Assembly (NCBI GenBank): GCA_963826935.1
Contig: CAWGYH010000002.1
Location: forward strand, 712,028 to 776,027
Reading direction: 5' to 3'
From: an uncultured Chlamydiales bacterium
GTDB taxonomy: Bacteria; Chlamydiota; Chlamydiia; Chlamydiales; FEN-1388
DNA length: 64,000 nucleotides
The notes beneath the pieces are model-generated. The model did no database searches. It saw only the letters and a list, made by a program, of their open reading frames with translations, and had not been told where the DNA came from. Position numbers and translations under genes: made by a program. Positions 1 through 10,093 of this stretch are shown here, one piece after another; position 1 is the first letter of the stretch, and every line of letters starts with the position of its first letter.

Positions 1-843
1 ACACAATCCTTGTAACGGAGTTTCGTGTAATCCCAGCTTTACTAAGCATTCCTGAAACGCCTGGCAGTGAAACGACACCGCTTCCACCGCTTCTTTTACG
101 CCAAAGCGGTTAGCAAAGTTAACTGGGCGGTTAGCATCTAAATCTTTTTGGCTGTCGTCAAGGTCATCTAAAATCTGAAAGGCAAGGCCAAAGTGGTAGG
201 CTGCTTTATGCAGCTCATCCAGTAAAGAGAGCTTTCCGCCGCCAAAGAGCCAGCCAAGGCTCATGCAGAGATCAAATAGAGCGCACGTTTTCATCTCAAG
301 CGTTTTAACGAGCATCTCTTTATCAAGATTTTTTGGGAAAAGGTCATAATACTGGCCTCCAATAAGGCCGGGGGCTCCCATCGTTTTTGATGCCTGAAGT
401 ACTGCAAGACGGGATACCTCAGCATCCTCTACCTCATTTCTTGCGATCTCTTCAAAGCCTGAAGCTATAAGCGCATAGCTTGCTAAAAGGGCAACTGACT
501 CGCCATACACCTTATGGGTGGTTGCACGGCCGCGGCGAAAGTCGTCGTTATCCATGCAGGGAAGATCATCTGCGATCAATGAAGAGGTGTGAAAAAACTC
601 AACTGCCAGGGCCGCGGGCGTCACATTGCGGCCGGTCTTTAACCCATCTGCCACCATGTAGACAAGAGCCGGCCGAAAGCGCTTGCCATCACCTTTTAGG
701 GCATATTCCATAGCATCTCGCACGCTATTTTGCGGCCCAAAAGTAGAAAATGCCTTATACATTTCCTCTTCAAATCGCACTTTGTATGGCTGTAAAATAA
801 GCTTTGCCTGTTCTGAAAAGGCAACTTTAGCACCTGTATGCAT
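1..843 (-). CDS. polyprenyl diphosphate synthase (FPP/GGPP synthase family); 3' end lies outside the window
   Basis: Absent from the ORF track because it runs off the left edge. Manual minus-strand translation from the ATG at 843-841 gives MHTGAKV...FFHTSSLIADDLPCMDNDDFRRGR (first Asp-rich motif) and ...HFGLAFQILDDLDD (second Asp-rich motif). Confidence 0.85.
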   Translation of the reverse strand, partial: MHTGAKVAFSEQAKLILQPYKVRFEEEMYKAFSTFGPQNSVRDAMEYALKGDGKRFRPALVYMVADGLKTGRNVTPAALAVEFFHTSSLIADDLPCMDNDDFRRGRATTHKVYGESVALLASYALIASGFEEIARNEVEDAEVSRLAVLQASKTMGAPGLIGGQYYDLFPKNLDKEMLVKTLEMKTCALFDLCMSLGWLFGGGKLSLLDELHKAAYHFGLAFQILDDLDDSQKDLDANRPVNFANRFGVKEAVEAVSFHCQAFQECLVKLGLHETPLQGLC

Positions 844-1532
844 ATTAACTCTTCTTTTGAATTTGTACTTTTGTCGATGGCTTTACCAGTCATATTTTCT
901 TCGATAAATCCGCCAAAATTAAGGCTCGGATAGCTGTAGACGCCCTTTCCGAGCAGTGTGCCGGGATTCAGCACGCTATTGCAGCCCACCTCAACATGAT
1001 CGCCGATAATGGCGCCAAACTTTCGTCTGTTTGTAGCAATTTTTTGACCGCCTACCGTTATAGCGATTGGAGCGCCATCAAGGCGCAAGTTTGCACACTT
1101 TACGCCGGCGCCAAGGTTAACAAAGCTTCCCACAATAGTGTCTCCAAGGTAGGCAAAATGGGCAGCATTACTTTTGTTCATCATAATAGTATGCTTCATC
1201 TCGGTTGTATGGCCAATTACGCAAGAATCGCCGATAATGCAGTCGCCCCGAATGTAGGCTCCGTGGCGAATATGGCAGTTTTTTCCGATAATGCAGGGAC
1301 CCTTGATATAGGCGCCCGGCTCTATAACTGTTCCCTTTCCAATAGTGATTTGGGCCGGATTTACAAGATAGGCATACTTTTGTTCTTCAGCTTCAATTTT
1401 GCCGAGGGGATAGACTCGTAAATATTCTTGAATCCTATCAAGTGCTTGCCAGACATACTCGCAGCCTTCAAAAAGTGCGGCGTGCTCAAACGCTGTAAGA
1501 TCAAAAAAATGGCTTGGGGACAAACTTTGCAT
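696..1532 (-). CDS. hexapeptide-repeat (left-handed beta-helix) transferase, GlmU C-terminal-like
   Basis: 278-aa ORF with repeated hexapeptide pattern (IGKNCHIRHGAYIRGDCIIGDSCVIGH; IGDHVEVGCNSVLNPGTLLGKG). The last ~49 codons overlap the polyprenyl synthase start in another frame, so the 3' end is uncertain. Confidence 0.7.
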   Translation of the reverse strand: MQSLSPSHFFDLTAFEHAALFEGCEYVWQALDRIQEYLRVYPLGKIEAEEQKYAYLVNPAQITIGKGTVIEPGAYIKGPCIIGKNCHIRHGAYIRGDCIIGDSCVIGHTTEMKHTIMMNKSNAAHFAYLGDTIVGSFVNLGAGVKCANLRLDGAPIAITVGGQKIATNRRKFGAIIGDHVEVGCNSVLNPGTLLGKGVYSYPSLNFGGFIEENMTGKAIDKSTNSKEELICIQVLKLPFQNRQSLFYSHTKCDLKRKCIRHFLLLGRKIACEMLWNMP

Positions 1533-1570
1533 GGTTCACCTCAAAATGGCCGCTAGTATATACTACTCCT

Positions 1571-2701
1571 ATGAATTATGAAATAGATTGTGTACATTTT
1601 GATTACTGTTCCGGTTGCGTACTCAATTCATGCAAAAATCCGCCCCCAATTTTTGATGAGGCAAGCGCCTATTTTGCAAAAAATTGGAACGTAGATCTTA
1701 GTTTTTCGCAGGGAAATATTATCGGCTGGAGAGTTCGGGCAAAGCTTGCCGCGCGCCGCCCAAACGTGATAGGCCTTTTTGAAAAGGGCACTCACAACGT
1801 TGTAAGCATCCCGCAATGCCGCGTGCATCATCCCAAGATTAATGAGGCAGTAGAGCGCCTCCTGCAACATAATTTTTCTTTTTACGATGAAAAAAGCCAT
1901 ACGGGAGACCTTCGCTACGTACAGTGCGTTGTGGAAAGAAAAAGTGAGAAAGTGCAGCTAACAGTTGTTCTCAATATGTCTACAGCCACTCCAGCATGGC
2001 GCGAAATTATAAATAAATTATACGACCCAACACTGTTTCATTCCATCTGGTGCAACTACAACGACAAGCCGACAAACAGCATATTCAGTAAAAATTGGGA
2101 AAAAATATCCGGCCTCGATGTTGTTTGGGAAGAAATTTGCGGCCTTAAAATACCATTCGGGCCATCTCACTTTGGCCAAGCAAACCTTGAGATGTATGAA
2201 AAGCTTGTCCTGGACATCCGGGATAATATTTTGCAAAATAGCGTTGTTGCTGAGCTCTACGCAGGAATTGGCGTTATCGGCCTTGCCTGTGCTAAGAAAA
2301 GTAAAGAGGTGCGCCTGGCAGAACTAGAACCCGCCGCCAAGCACTTTTTTGACCTTGCCGTAGAGCCCCTTCCTGAAAAAAATAGGCTCTCCTACCTCGT
2401 TGGGAAAGCCGAAGAGTGCCTCCACCTTATTGAAGGTGCTGATGTATGCATCGTTGATCCTCCAAGAAAGGGGCTTGGCCGCGTTTCTATGGAGCGCATT
2501 TTATCTACAAAAGGACTCAAGCAGCTGGTCTACGTCTCGTGCGAATATAAATCGCTACAGCGCGATCTAGACTATCTGCTGCGCTATTTTCCCAACTGGA
2601 GGGTTGCAAAAGCAAAAAGCTACCTCTTTTTCCCAGGCACAAACCAGATAGAGACAACAGTTTTTTTAAAATGTTTCAAAATAACTAGCTTTCCCGTATA
2701 A
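1571..2701 (+). CDS. RumA/TrmA-family RNA (uracil-5-)-methyltransferase
   Basis: N-terminal Cys cluster CVHFDYCSGCVLNSC, SAM-binding motif ELYAGIGVIGLA, VDPPRKG, and catalytic-Cys context YVSCEYKS. Start moved to the ATG at 1571 (MNYEIDC) because the TTG at 1514 overlaps the divergent gene. Confidence 0.85.
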   Translation: MNYEIDCVHFDYCSGCVLNSCKNPPPIFDEASAYFAKNWNVDLSFSQGNIIGWRVRAKLAARRPNVIGLFEKGTHNVVSIPQCRVHHPKINEAVERLLQHNFSFYDEKSHTGDLRYVQCVVERKSEKVQLTVVLNMSTATPAWREIINKLYDPTLFHSIWCNYNDKPTNSIFSKNWEKISGLDVVWEEICGLKIPFGPSHFGQANLEMYEKLVLDIRDNILQNSVVAELYAGIGVIGLACAKKSKEVRLAELEPAAKHFFDLAVEPLPEKNRLSYLVGKAEECLHLIEGADVCIVDPPRKGLGRVSMERILSTKGLKQLVYVSCEYKSLQRDLDYLLRYFPNWRVAKAKSYLFFPGTNQIETTVFLKCFKITSFPV

Positions 2702-2730
2702 TGTTTTTTTAATAATAAAAGAGAATTGAG

Positions 2731-4071
2731 ATGGCTTCACTTTTAAAATTTTTTAGTCCCGCTCCACATCTTCCTGAAATTCAAGATGCTACAGTTGTAG
2801 CAAAAGACTATCGCAGATGGCGCATTCGGACGCTCTATTCCATGTTTATCGGGTATGCGCTCTACTACTTCACAAGAAAAAGCTATTCACTCGCTATGCC
2901 AGGCATTATCGCCGACCTTGGCTACACAAAAGCTGAACTTGGCATTTTGGGAAGTATCCTGGCCATAAGCTACGGTTTTAGCAAATTTTTTAGCGGCATT
3001 TTATCCGATAAATCAAGCCCTCGCTACTTTATGGCCTTTGGGCTTATCACAACAGGCCTCATTAATATTTTCTTCGGCATGTCCTCATCTCTTGTCGTCT
3101 TCGCACTTTTATGGGGGCTTAACGGCTGGTTCCAGGGCTTTGGCTGGCCCGCCTGTTCTCGCCTGTTAGTTTCGTGGTATTCAAAATCTGAGCGCGGCTC
3201 ATGGTGGTCTACATGGAATGTCTGCCATAACGTTGGCGCCTTTTCAATTGCAATTCTTGCAGGCTACCTCGTGCAGCATTACGGCTGGAGATCAGGCATG
3301 TATGTACCCGGCCTTATCTGCATTGCCGGTGGTTTTTTCATGATTAACCGCTTACGGGATGCCCCACAAGCAGTGGGTCTGCCGCCAATAGATGTCTATA
3401 GAAATGATGTTGTTCCGGAAAAAGTAAAAGAAAAAAGCAGCTCATCTACCTGGGAAACGCTCGTAAACCATGTCTTTACCAATAAATACCTCTGGCTTTT
3501 GGGCATTGCCTACTTCTTTGTCTACTTTGCCCGCACCGCAATGAACGACTGGACACCCATGTACTTAATCGAAACGCGCAACTACTCGCTCATTGCCGCA
3601 AACAGCATGGCAACGATGATTGAAGTTGGCGGCTTTTTTGGAAACCTTGCAGCAGGCTGGGCATCAGATAAGCTCTTTGGCGCACGCCGCGGCCCTGTAA
3701 ACGTCCTTTTTTCTCTCGGAATGGTATTTGGTATTATGCTTTTTAGCATTGTTCCTGTGGGAGCTGCTTGGCAGGAATCGGCAACACTTGCCCTTATTGG
3801 CTTTATGATTTTCGGCCCGCAGATGCTTATCGGCGTAGCTGCAGTAGAGCTTGCCAATAAAAACGCCATCGCTACCTCATCGGGCTTTGTCTCCTGCATC
3901 TCATATCTTGGCGCGGCCTGTGCAGGCTACCCGCTCGGTCTTATCATCCAAGAATTTGGCTGGAGCGGCCACTTTTCTACCATGATCATAGCTAGCCTTC
4001 TGGCTGTCGCCCTTCTCTTGCCGCTTTGGTCGACAAAAGAAGAGACAGCCAAAGAAGTTCAAGCCGCGTAA
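2731..4071 (+). CDS. uhpC: MFS sugar-phosphate/phosphate antiporter, UhpC/GlpT family
   Basis: 446-aa ORF with about 12 predicted TM segments. The N-terminus (YRRWRIRTLYSMFIGYALYYFTRKS...GILSDK) is typical of the organophosphate:Pi antiporter family. UhpC is characteristic of Chlamydiae. Confidence 0.85.
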   Translation: MASLLKFFSPAPHLPEIQDATVVAKDYRRWRIRTLYSMFIGYALYYFTRKSYSLAMPGIIADLGYTKAELGILGSILAISYGFSKFFSGILSDKSSPRYFMAFGLITTGLINIFFGMSSSLVVFALLWGLNGWFQGFGWPACSRLLVSWYSKSERGSWWSTWNVCHNVGAFSIAILAGYLVQHYGWRSGMYVPGLICIAGGFFMINRLRDAPQAVGLPPIDVYRNDVVPEKVKEKSSSSTWETLVNHVFTNKYLWLLGIAYFFVYFARTAMNDWTPMYLIETRNYSLIAANSMATMIEVGGFFGNLAAGWASDKLFGARRGPVNVLFSLGMVFGIMLFSIVPVGAAWQESATLALIGFMIFGPQMLIGVAAVELANKNAIATSSGFVSCISYLGAACAGYPLGLIIQEFGWSGHFSTMIIASLLAVALLLPLWSTKEETAKEVQAA

Positions 4072-4072
4072 A

Positions 4073-6028
4073 TTACTTTACGTGAATGTATTTGGGCTTC
4101 GAAGGAATGCCGTTTGCAACAACTTCAAGGGTGTATCTGCCTGGAGGGATGTTGCAAGGCACATGAAAGTAGGTATGCACCTTCTTACATGATGCTACGC
4201 CCATATAGCTATGGTTGTGGGTGCGGCAGTAGTAGACATAGCCTGCCTTTTCATTCGTAATACGTACGAGCGGATAGTTGGTAGCTGACTGATAGTTTGC
4301 ACCATACATTGCACCCTGGGACATACCGTTAAAGCGGATGCCTTCGATTTTATAGCTCTTGCCCGACCTCACCTTTTCAGGATGTTCGCAGATCTCAGGC
4401 GCCCAATCCGGGTCATAATTTGTATTGCCTGAGGTGTAGATTTGAACATCTGTTGTCAATGCATCTGTCATCATAATCTGCCCTGTCGGCAACACCAGCA
4501 TATACCCGCCGAACATCTTTTTTGCATGCGGCACTGTGGGCTCCGGATGGAGTTCGTGCCCATCAAATTCAAAAATGTGAACATGTGGATGAGGATGTGG
4601 ATAGGCAGCTACAAGCACATTGCCGTTAGGTAAAAGTGCAGCACCGGTCTCAGCACAGTTTAACTGCCCCTCACCCGGCACATAGGGGAACCTGGGGCCT
4701 CTAGACCATTTATTTCCTTTAGAGCAGTAGATTGCCGTATAGCCAGGAAAAGCTCCCGTACAAAATACTGTCCCATCGGGTCGAAGCACTGCCGGGCCCA
4801 TTTCTTTAGATTCAGGATCCCATAGAGGCACTATGGTATTTCCATGTCCCGCACAATGCCATGTACCCGTTTTAGGATCATAAAGCTCAGCATAGTTTAC
4901 CCTTACCTCTGCATCCGGCTGTTTAATGGTGAGCTTCAGGTGCTTGTGATGTTTCATGGCGTGTACGAGCGACTCTCCATCCTCTTTGCTGATCATGCAG
5001 CTAAACGGCCTGCCGTCTCCACCCTTAGAAACATAGGGTACAGGTTTATCTGAAATTTCAATCACAGCAAGGGCATCGGCTCTAAACATATTTTCAACTA
5101 TTTCGTCACTTCCACACTTTTCACTTCTATAGCATACCCCAATACTATTTCTAAGGTCATGAAGATGATTGCAGCAGGCGTCATGATCTGGTTTTGCAAG
5201 AGCTGCGTGACCTTCAATATGACACCTTGGCGCTCTATTGGTAACAAATGGACCGTTAGCTGGTTTTGCATGAAAGTGTCCAACATCGCGGACATTGGTT
5301 GAAATGATTGTATCTGGCGCATGCACTCCTGTTGTATCTACTGTAAGGACCTTTCCATTTGGAAGAAGCGTCCAGCCCTCGAAGCTGTTTACGTCCCATT
5401 TCGTGCAAGCACCGGTTTCGATCCAGGTAAGGGTGTTGAGGTCTAACAAAGCGGCTTGCCGGGTTAAGGCATTTGCCACCATGTAGGTACCATCTTCGAG
5501 GATTACACACTGAGCATTACCGACAATATCATGAAAAAACGGCGGAGGAGGAAGGCAGTGCCAGCGATTCTCTACAGGGTCATAAATCGCCCCTCTATCC
5601 GTATTTTTAATACAATAATGCGGACCATCAAATGCACCGCCCTGAACGATTACCCTACCATCTGCCAAGACCGCTGAAGCAAAGGCAAATGGCCTATAGT
5701 GTTCTGGAAGTGAAGCAAGCTTTGACCAGGTGCCGTTTACATAGCTTCCATAGACATCCGGAGTTAGCCTCCACACTTCGCCCTCATTAGGCGTGCTAAA
5801 GTTAAATACCATTACAGATCCATCTGTAAGAAGAAGCTGGCTTCCACAAGCAGGATGTTCCGTACAAAGCCCAAAAACTCCCGGATTATTAAGCCCCTGC
5901 CAGTGGCCGTGGCAATGAGATGAATGGGATGAGTGGTGGTGGGATGAATGAGATGAATGCGCTTGGGCAGATACTACTCCAGTGCAGATGCCTGCAAAGG
6001 CAAAAACTGCAAAAAGTGAACGAAACAT
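4073..6028 (-). CDS. secreted Kelch/galactose-oxidase-like beta-propeller protein with an inserted PA-like domain, His/Ser-rich N-terminus and C-terminal Ig-like (DUF1929-like) domain
   Basis: Signal peptide MFRSLFAVFAFAGICTGVVSA (start moved to 6028). It is followed by HSSHSSHHHSSHSSHCHGH, repeated propeller-like segments (DGRVIVQGG, LPNGKVL, RPDGTVF, LPNGNVLV, LPTGQIMM), and a C-terminus like the glyoxal/galactose oxidase E-set domain. Confidence 0.55.
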   Translation of the reverse strand: MFRSLFAVFAFAGICTGVVSAQAHSSHSSHHHSSHSSHCHGHWQGLNNPGVFGLCTEHPACGSQLLLTDGSVMVFNFSTPNEGEVWRLTPDVYGSYVNGTWSKLASLPEHYRPFAFASAVLADGRVIVQGGAFDGPHYCIKNTDRGAIYDPVENRWHCLPPPPFFHDIVGNAQCVILEDGTYMVANALTRQAALLDLNTLTWIETGACTKWDVNSFEGWTLLPNGKVLTVDTTGVHAPDTIISTNVRDVGHFHAKPANGPFVTNRAPRCHIEGHAALAKPDHDACCNHLHDLRNSIGVCYRSEKCGSDEIVENMFRADALAVIEISDKPVPYVSKGGDGRPFSCMISKEDGESLVHAMKHHKHLKLTIKQPDAEVRVNYAELYDPKTGTWHCAGHGNTIVPLWDPESKEMGPAVLRPDGTVFCTGAFPGYTAIYCSKGNKWSRGPRFPYVPGEGQLNCAETGAALLPNGNVLVAAYPHPHPHVHIFEFDGHELHPEPTVPHAKKMFGGYMLVLPTGQIMMTDALTTDVQIYTSGNTNYDPDWAPEICEHPEKVRSGKSYKIEGIRFNGMSQGAMYGANYQSATNYPLVRITNEKAGYVYYCRTHNHSYMGVASCKKVHTYFHVPCNIPPGRYTLEVVANGIPSKPKYIHVK

Positions 6029-6502
6029 GACAGCACCTATAGTAAAAGTTAGACTAATACTTTTTAGTAGCAGGTGCAAAGAAAAATAGCAATAGCCTTT
6101 TTGATTGGGTTATTTGGGCCTACACAAAACCATTCATATGTACTTTCAGTCGGTTACGTTTTGTAATCAACTCCTTACCCCCTCCATCAGGTATTGAATT
6201 AGCTATTGCAACTTTCCGAAAGACGTTGAGCGATTTCTCTATCGCCTTAGTATTAGTCCTTATTGTAAGAAATCCTTTCTCAAATTTTAAGCGCACTAAA
6301 ATAGGGCTCAGACACTGTTGAAAGCCATTTTGTTGAGATCACCGAAATGGTCGAAAAGAACGCCAGGGGCATGCCGAACATCTAATCAAATAGCGAACAA
6401 TCACAGCGGGACACGTAAAAGTCAATCAATGTTTCAACAGATCGAAAGGGGTCGTCAAAAAGGCTCCTTTTTAGAAAAAAATGCGGTTAAAGAAACCCCA
6501 AA

Positions 6503-7411
6503 CTAAAGCCATTCGAATGCCCGAGGTTTAAAATCGAACTCTTGCTTAGCCTTGGTATTCGATGCCGCTCTTAGTTTTGTGGCGTAGTAAACGGCATCTG
6601 GACCTCTTATTTTTAGACCTTCTTCTTCTGTTATATTTGGAGGCGGCGGAGCACCCAAATAATTTGCAAATGCCGACAACCAATTGCGCATTTCTGATGG
6701 ATGATCATTAACGATATTGTAAACTCCCGGTGCACTCTGGATGGCGGATACAATGGCCCTGGCAGCATCTTCAATGTGGACGAAGTTCCAAATCCCTTGC
6801 CCTTTACCAATAATAGGAAATTGTCGCCTATGTATTTGCTCTGCTACGTTTTGTCCGGGATAAAACCATGTCCCAGGTCCATAAAAAAAGCCAAACCGCA
6901 AAGCAATGCCTTCGATTTTGTCAGACTCCAACACTCGCTTTTCTATTTCAGCATCCAAACGTGTTCCAGATGCAATGCCTGGACTTGCATCAAATGCAAA
7001 GGCAGTCCTTTCGTCAGCTAACCCCGCTCCAGGCGCATACCAAAAAGCACTGGATTGCGCGATATAACGTATTACTCCATACATTTCTGCAGCTGCCAGT
7101 AAAAGGGCTCCCCCTTCACGTCGAAGCCTTGCATTCATTTCAGCAGATTTACGCATGGATTCGGGAGTATACTCTTTGGGCAACCGGGTCAACATGTCAA
7201 TCAAAATGTCTGGTCTGATATCCGCAATAACAGAAAAAACTGCCTCACGTTCAAGAACATTCAAAAGCAGAGGTTTTGCACCTTTTGCGGCAATTACTTG
7301 AGCTCTCTCTTTAGATTGAGTAATTCCATAGACATCATAGCCCTGTGCAATCAAGAGACTGACTAATGGTTGGCCGATAGCACCAGATGCTCCAGCAATA
7401 AGAATTTTCAT
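6503..7411 (-). CDS. NAD(P)-dependent epimerase/dehydratase (extended SDR family)
   Basis: 302-aa ORF with an N-terminal Rossmann motif, MKILIAGASGAIGQPLV. Confidence 0.8.
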   Translation of the reverse strand: MKILIAGASGAIGQPLVSLLIAQGYDVYGITQSKERAQVIAAKGAKPLLLNVLEREAVFSVIADIRPDILIDMLTRLPKEYTPESMRKSAEMNARLRREGGALLLAAAEMYGVIRYIAQSSAFWYAPGAGLADERTAFAFDASPGIASGTRLDAEIEKRVLESDKIEGIALRFGFFYGPGTWFYPGQNVAEQIHRRQFPIIGKGQGIWNFVHIEDAARAIVSAIQSAPGVYNIVNDHPSEMRNWLSAFANYLGAPPPPNITEEEGLKIRGPDAVYYATKLRAASNTKAKQEFDFKPRAFEWL

Positions 7412-7646
7412 TAAAAAGCCCGCTCACAATTAGGATGCCATTTATAGGCAACAAATGTCTTACTATATTCTCTATATGCAAAAACAGTCCTGCAAGCAAG
7501 GAAAAAAGAAAAGGATCGAGTAATAGGACATATCGCAAACAGGGCCGTGTGTGTAGCATTTACACGCCACATACCTACCACAGGATCGTAAACACAAAAA
7601 TAACCCTGCATGCTAGAATGCATGCAAGTAATTAAGAAAAAAAGAA

Positions 7647-7721
7647 TCTGGGTGAGAGGATTCGAACCTCCGACCCCTTACACCCCATGCAAGTGCGCTA
7701 GCCAAGCTGCGCTACACCCAG
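7647..7721 (-). tRNA. tRNA-Pro (anticodon GGG)
   Basis: Hand-folded cloverleaf: acceptor CTGGGTG/CACCCAG, D arm GCGC-AGCTTGGCTA-GCGC, anticodon loop AT-GGG-GT, T arm GGAGG-TTCGAAT-CCTCT, discriminator A. No encoded CCA. Confidence 0.9.
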
Positions 7722-7742
7722 ATAAAGGAACTATAATAGCAG

Positions 7743-9422
7743 ATGATGGACATTTCACAAAAGTGGCGATTGGAGGGTTTGCTCCAAGGTTTTGATATTG
7801 AAAAATGGAAAAAAGACCTGGAGGTGCTGTGTAAGGAGAAAGACCTTGTTAAAAGTATTTTAGGTTTTCAAGAATTAAGTGCTGGGTTTCGGCAGTTTTC
7901 ATCCTATGCAAACTGTCTTTTTTCTGAAAATGTCTCAAATCCTGAAGGGGTTAAGCTTTGCTCAAAGGCTATTGAACTAGAGACCCTGCTGCAAAAGGCC
8001 AAAGCTATTATTGACTTAAAACTTCTTGAAATAGGCGATTTAGATGCATTTATAAAGGAAAATAGGCTTGAGGGGATCGCCTTTGCTCTTAAGAGAAGCC
8101 AAAAAGTGGCAAAAGAGAAAATGAGCCTTGAAAAGGAGGCCTTAAGTACGGACCTGTCTCTTAACGGCTACCACAGCTGGTATGAGCTTTATAAGCAGCT
8201 GATAGCATCCCTAAGATGCAGCGTAGATGGCCAAAGCTATTCTTGCAGCCAGATAGAAAATATGCTTTCAGACGGCGATAGAGGCATGCGAAAAAAGGCA
8301 TTTTTAGCTCTAGAAGAGGCGTGCCGGCAGCATGAAGCGATCTTTTCACAGGCCCTTCGATCAATTTTAGGCTTCAGGCTTGACCTTTATCGACATCGGG
8401 GCTGGAAAAACCCGCTGCACGATGCCCTAACCATTAATCACATGACCGAAAAGACCCTTTCGACTATGTGGCAAAAGGTGGGCGAGGCGCTGCCTGTTTT
8501 TCATCGCTTTTTAGATAAAAAGGCAGAGCTATTTTGCCTCGAAAAAATATCCTGGTATGACTTTGATGCGCCCTATCCAAATGCTCTAAGCCGGTTTTCA
8601 TATAATGATGCAGCATCTGATATTGTCGAATTTTTTAGCAAAAAATGCCCCCAACTTGGCGCTTTTGCTAACAAGTGCTTTGAAGAGAGGTGGGTAGAAG
8701 CTGAAAACAGGGAAGGAAAAGCCCCTGGAGGATTCTGTACGCCGCTTCCGCTATCAAAAGAGTCGCGCGTCTACATGAATTACGCCGACACCATGCATAA
8801 CGTTTTGGTGCTGGCGCATGAGCTAGGACACGCCTATCACGATCATGTGGCATTTGAACTGCCGGAACTTAGCCAACACTATCCTATGAGCCTTGCTGAA
8901 GCTGCCTCAACAACTTGCGAGCTTATTGTACTTGACGGGCTTATTGAAAAAGCAAAGTCAAAAGAAGAAAAAAAGCGGCTCTACTACGAAAAGGCGCATC
9001 GCCACACCACCTTTTTTGTAAATATGCTGGCGCGCTTTTCCTTTGAACAAGATGCCTTTCAAATGATATCCAGCGCCCAGTTTTTAGACGCAAATACGCT
9101 TTCAACGATGATGCTGAAAGCGCAAGATGCAGCCTACGGAGGCCGTCTTGAGCAGTACCACCCCTATTTTTGGATATCCAAGGTGCACTTTTATATCACC
9201 GACATGCCAAGCTACAACTTTCCCTACACCTTTGGCTATCTTGTAAGCCAGGCCATAAGCAGAAAAGAGCCATCCTGGTTTCAAAGCCACTACAAGCGCT
9301 TTTTACAAGATACAGGAAGAATGATGGTTGAAGAGCTTATTGAGAAGTACTTTGGGCAAAACTTCTGGAATGAATCAATAGCCGCCGCCACAAAAGACGT
9401 TGAGGAGTTTTTAGCCTTATGA
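7743..9422 (+). CDS. pepF: oligoendopeptidase F-like M3 family metallopeptidase
   Basis: 559-aa ORF with zinc-binding HEXXH (VLAHELGHAYHD) in the expected position and M3B-like length. Confidence 0.8.
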   Translation: MMDISQKWRLEGLLQGFDIEKWKKDLEVLCKEKDLVKSILGFQELSAGFRQFSSYANCLFSENVSNPEGVKLCSKAIELETLLQKAKAIIDLKLLEIGDLDAFIKENRLEGIAFALKRSQKVAKEKMSLEKEALSTDLSLNGYHSWYELYKQLIASLRCSVDGQSYSCSQIENMLSDGDRGMRKKAFLALEEACRQHEAIFSQALRSILGFRLDLYRHRGWKNPLHDALTINHMTEKTLSTMWQKVGEALPVFHRFLDKKAELFCLEKISWYDFDAPYPNALSRFSYNDAASDIVEFFSKKCPQLGAFANKCFEERWVEAENREGKAPGGFCTPLPLSKESRVYMNYADTMHNVLVLAHELGHAYHDHVAFELPELSQHYPMSLAEAASTTCELIVLDGLIEKAKSKEEKKRLYYEKAHRHTTFFVNMLARFSFEQDAFQMISSAQFLDANTLSTMMLKAQDAAYGGRLEQYHPYFWISKVHFYITDMPSYNFPYTFGYLVSQAISRKEPSWFQSHYKRFLQDTGRMMVEELIEKYFGQNFWNESIAAATKDVEEFLAL

Positions 9423-10093
9423 CCTTTACACTTGAGCCAACGTGGCAAAAAGCCCTCGAAGATGAGCTGCACAAACCCTATATTGCTAAACTTGCTAACT
9501 TTATCGAGAGCGAAAGAGCAAAAAACGAGCCTGTATACCCGCCCCAAGAACTTGTTTTTAATGCCCTAAGCGAGACGCCATTTGATGAGGTTCGCGTCTG
9601 TATTGTCGGGCAAGACCCCTACCATGGCCCAGGGCAAGCTCACGGCCTTGCTTTTAGCGTACCAAAGGGTGTAAAGCCGCCGCCATCATTAAAAAACATC
9701 TTCAAAGAGCTTCAGAATGACCTGCTGCTAGCAATACCCAGTCATGGATGCCTTGTCAAGTGGGCAAAACAGGGCGTTCTGCTCCTTAATGCAACGCTTA
9801 CCGTAAAAATGAGCGAACCACTTTCACACCACAACCACGGCTGGGAAAGCTTTACCGATGCTATCATTAGAAAACTTGCTGAGAAAAAAGAACCTATCAT
9901 CTTTGTTCTTTGGGGAAATAATGCGCAAAAAAAGTGCAGCCACATTGAAGAGCTCTCTATAAATGGCCAGCACACCATCTTAAAAGCTGCCCACCCATCG
10001 CCATTTTCGGCCCACAATGGCTTTTTTGGCTGCCGCCATTTTTCTAAGATAAACGCCCTTTTAAAAGAGCCTATCGACTGGCAGCTCGACTGA
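9419..10093 (+). CDS. ung: uracil-DNA glycosylase
   Basis: Family 1 UDG motifs GQDPYHGPGQAHGLAFSV and HPSPFSA. 4-nt overlap with the pepF stop. Confidence 0.95.
   Translation: MTFTLEPTWQKALEDELHKPYIAKLANFIESERAKNEPVYPPQELVFNALSETPFDEVRVCIVGQDPYHGPGQAHGLAFSVPKGVKPPPSLKNIFKELQNDLLLAIPSHGCLVKWAKQGVLLLNATLTVKMSEPLSHHNHGWESFTDAIIRKLAEKKEPIIFVLWGNNAQKKCSHIEELSINGQHTILKAAHPSPFSAHNGFFGCRHFSKINALLKEPIDWQLD

Noticed and set aside
996-1421. Numerous antisense or nested ORFs in the track, for example 996-1421, 3582-3899, 10522-10797, 23002-23340, 24107-24577, 41653-42060, 43589-44101, 52839-53219 and 62625-63590.
   Set aside because: Each lies inside a longer ORF on the opposite strand or in another frame that has clear family motifs. 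Their sequences are low-complexity or unconserved, so they are treated as shadow ORFs.
6100-6500. Possible IS5-family (DUF4096-like) transposase remnant on the minus strand (…FDDPFRSVETLIDFYV…, …FDHFGDLNKM…).
   Set aside because: The resemblance to the GxPWRxLPxxFG motif is weak and needs several frameshifts, and I found no terminal inverted repeats. A TBLASTX or HMM search would be needed to revive the idea.
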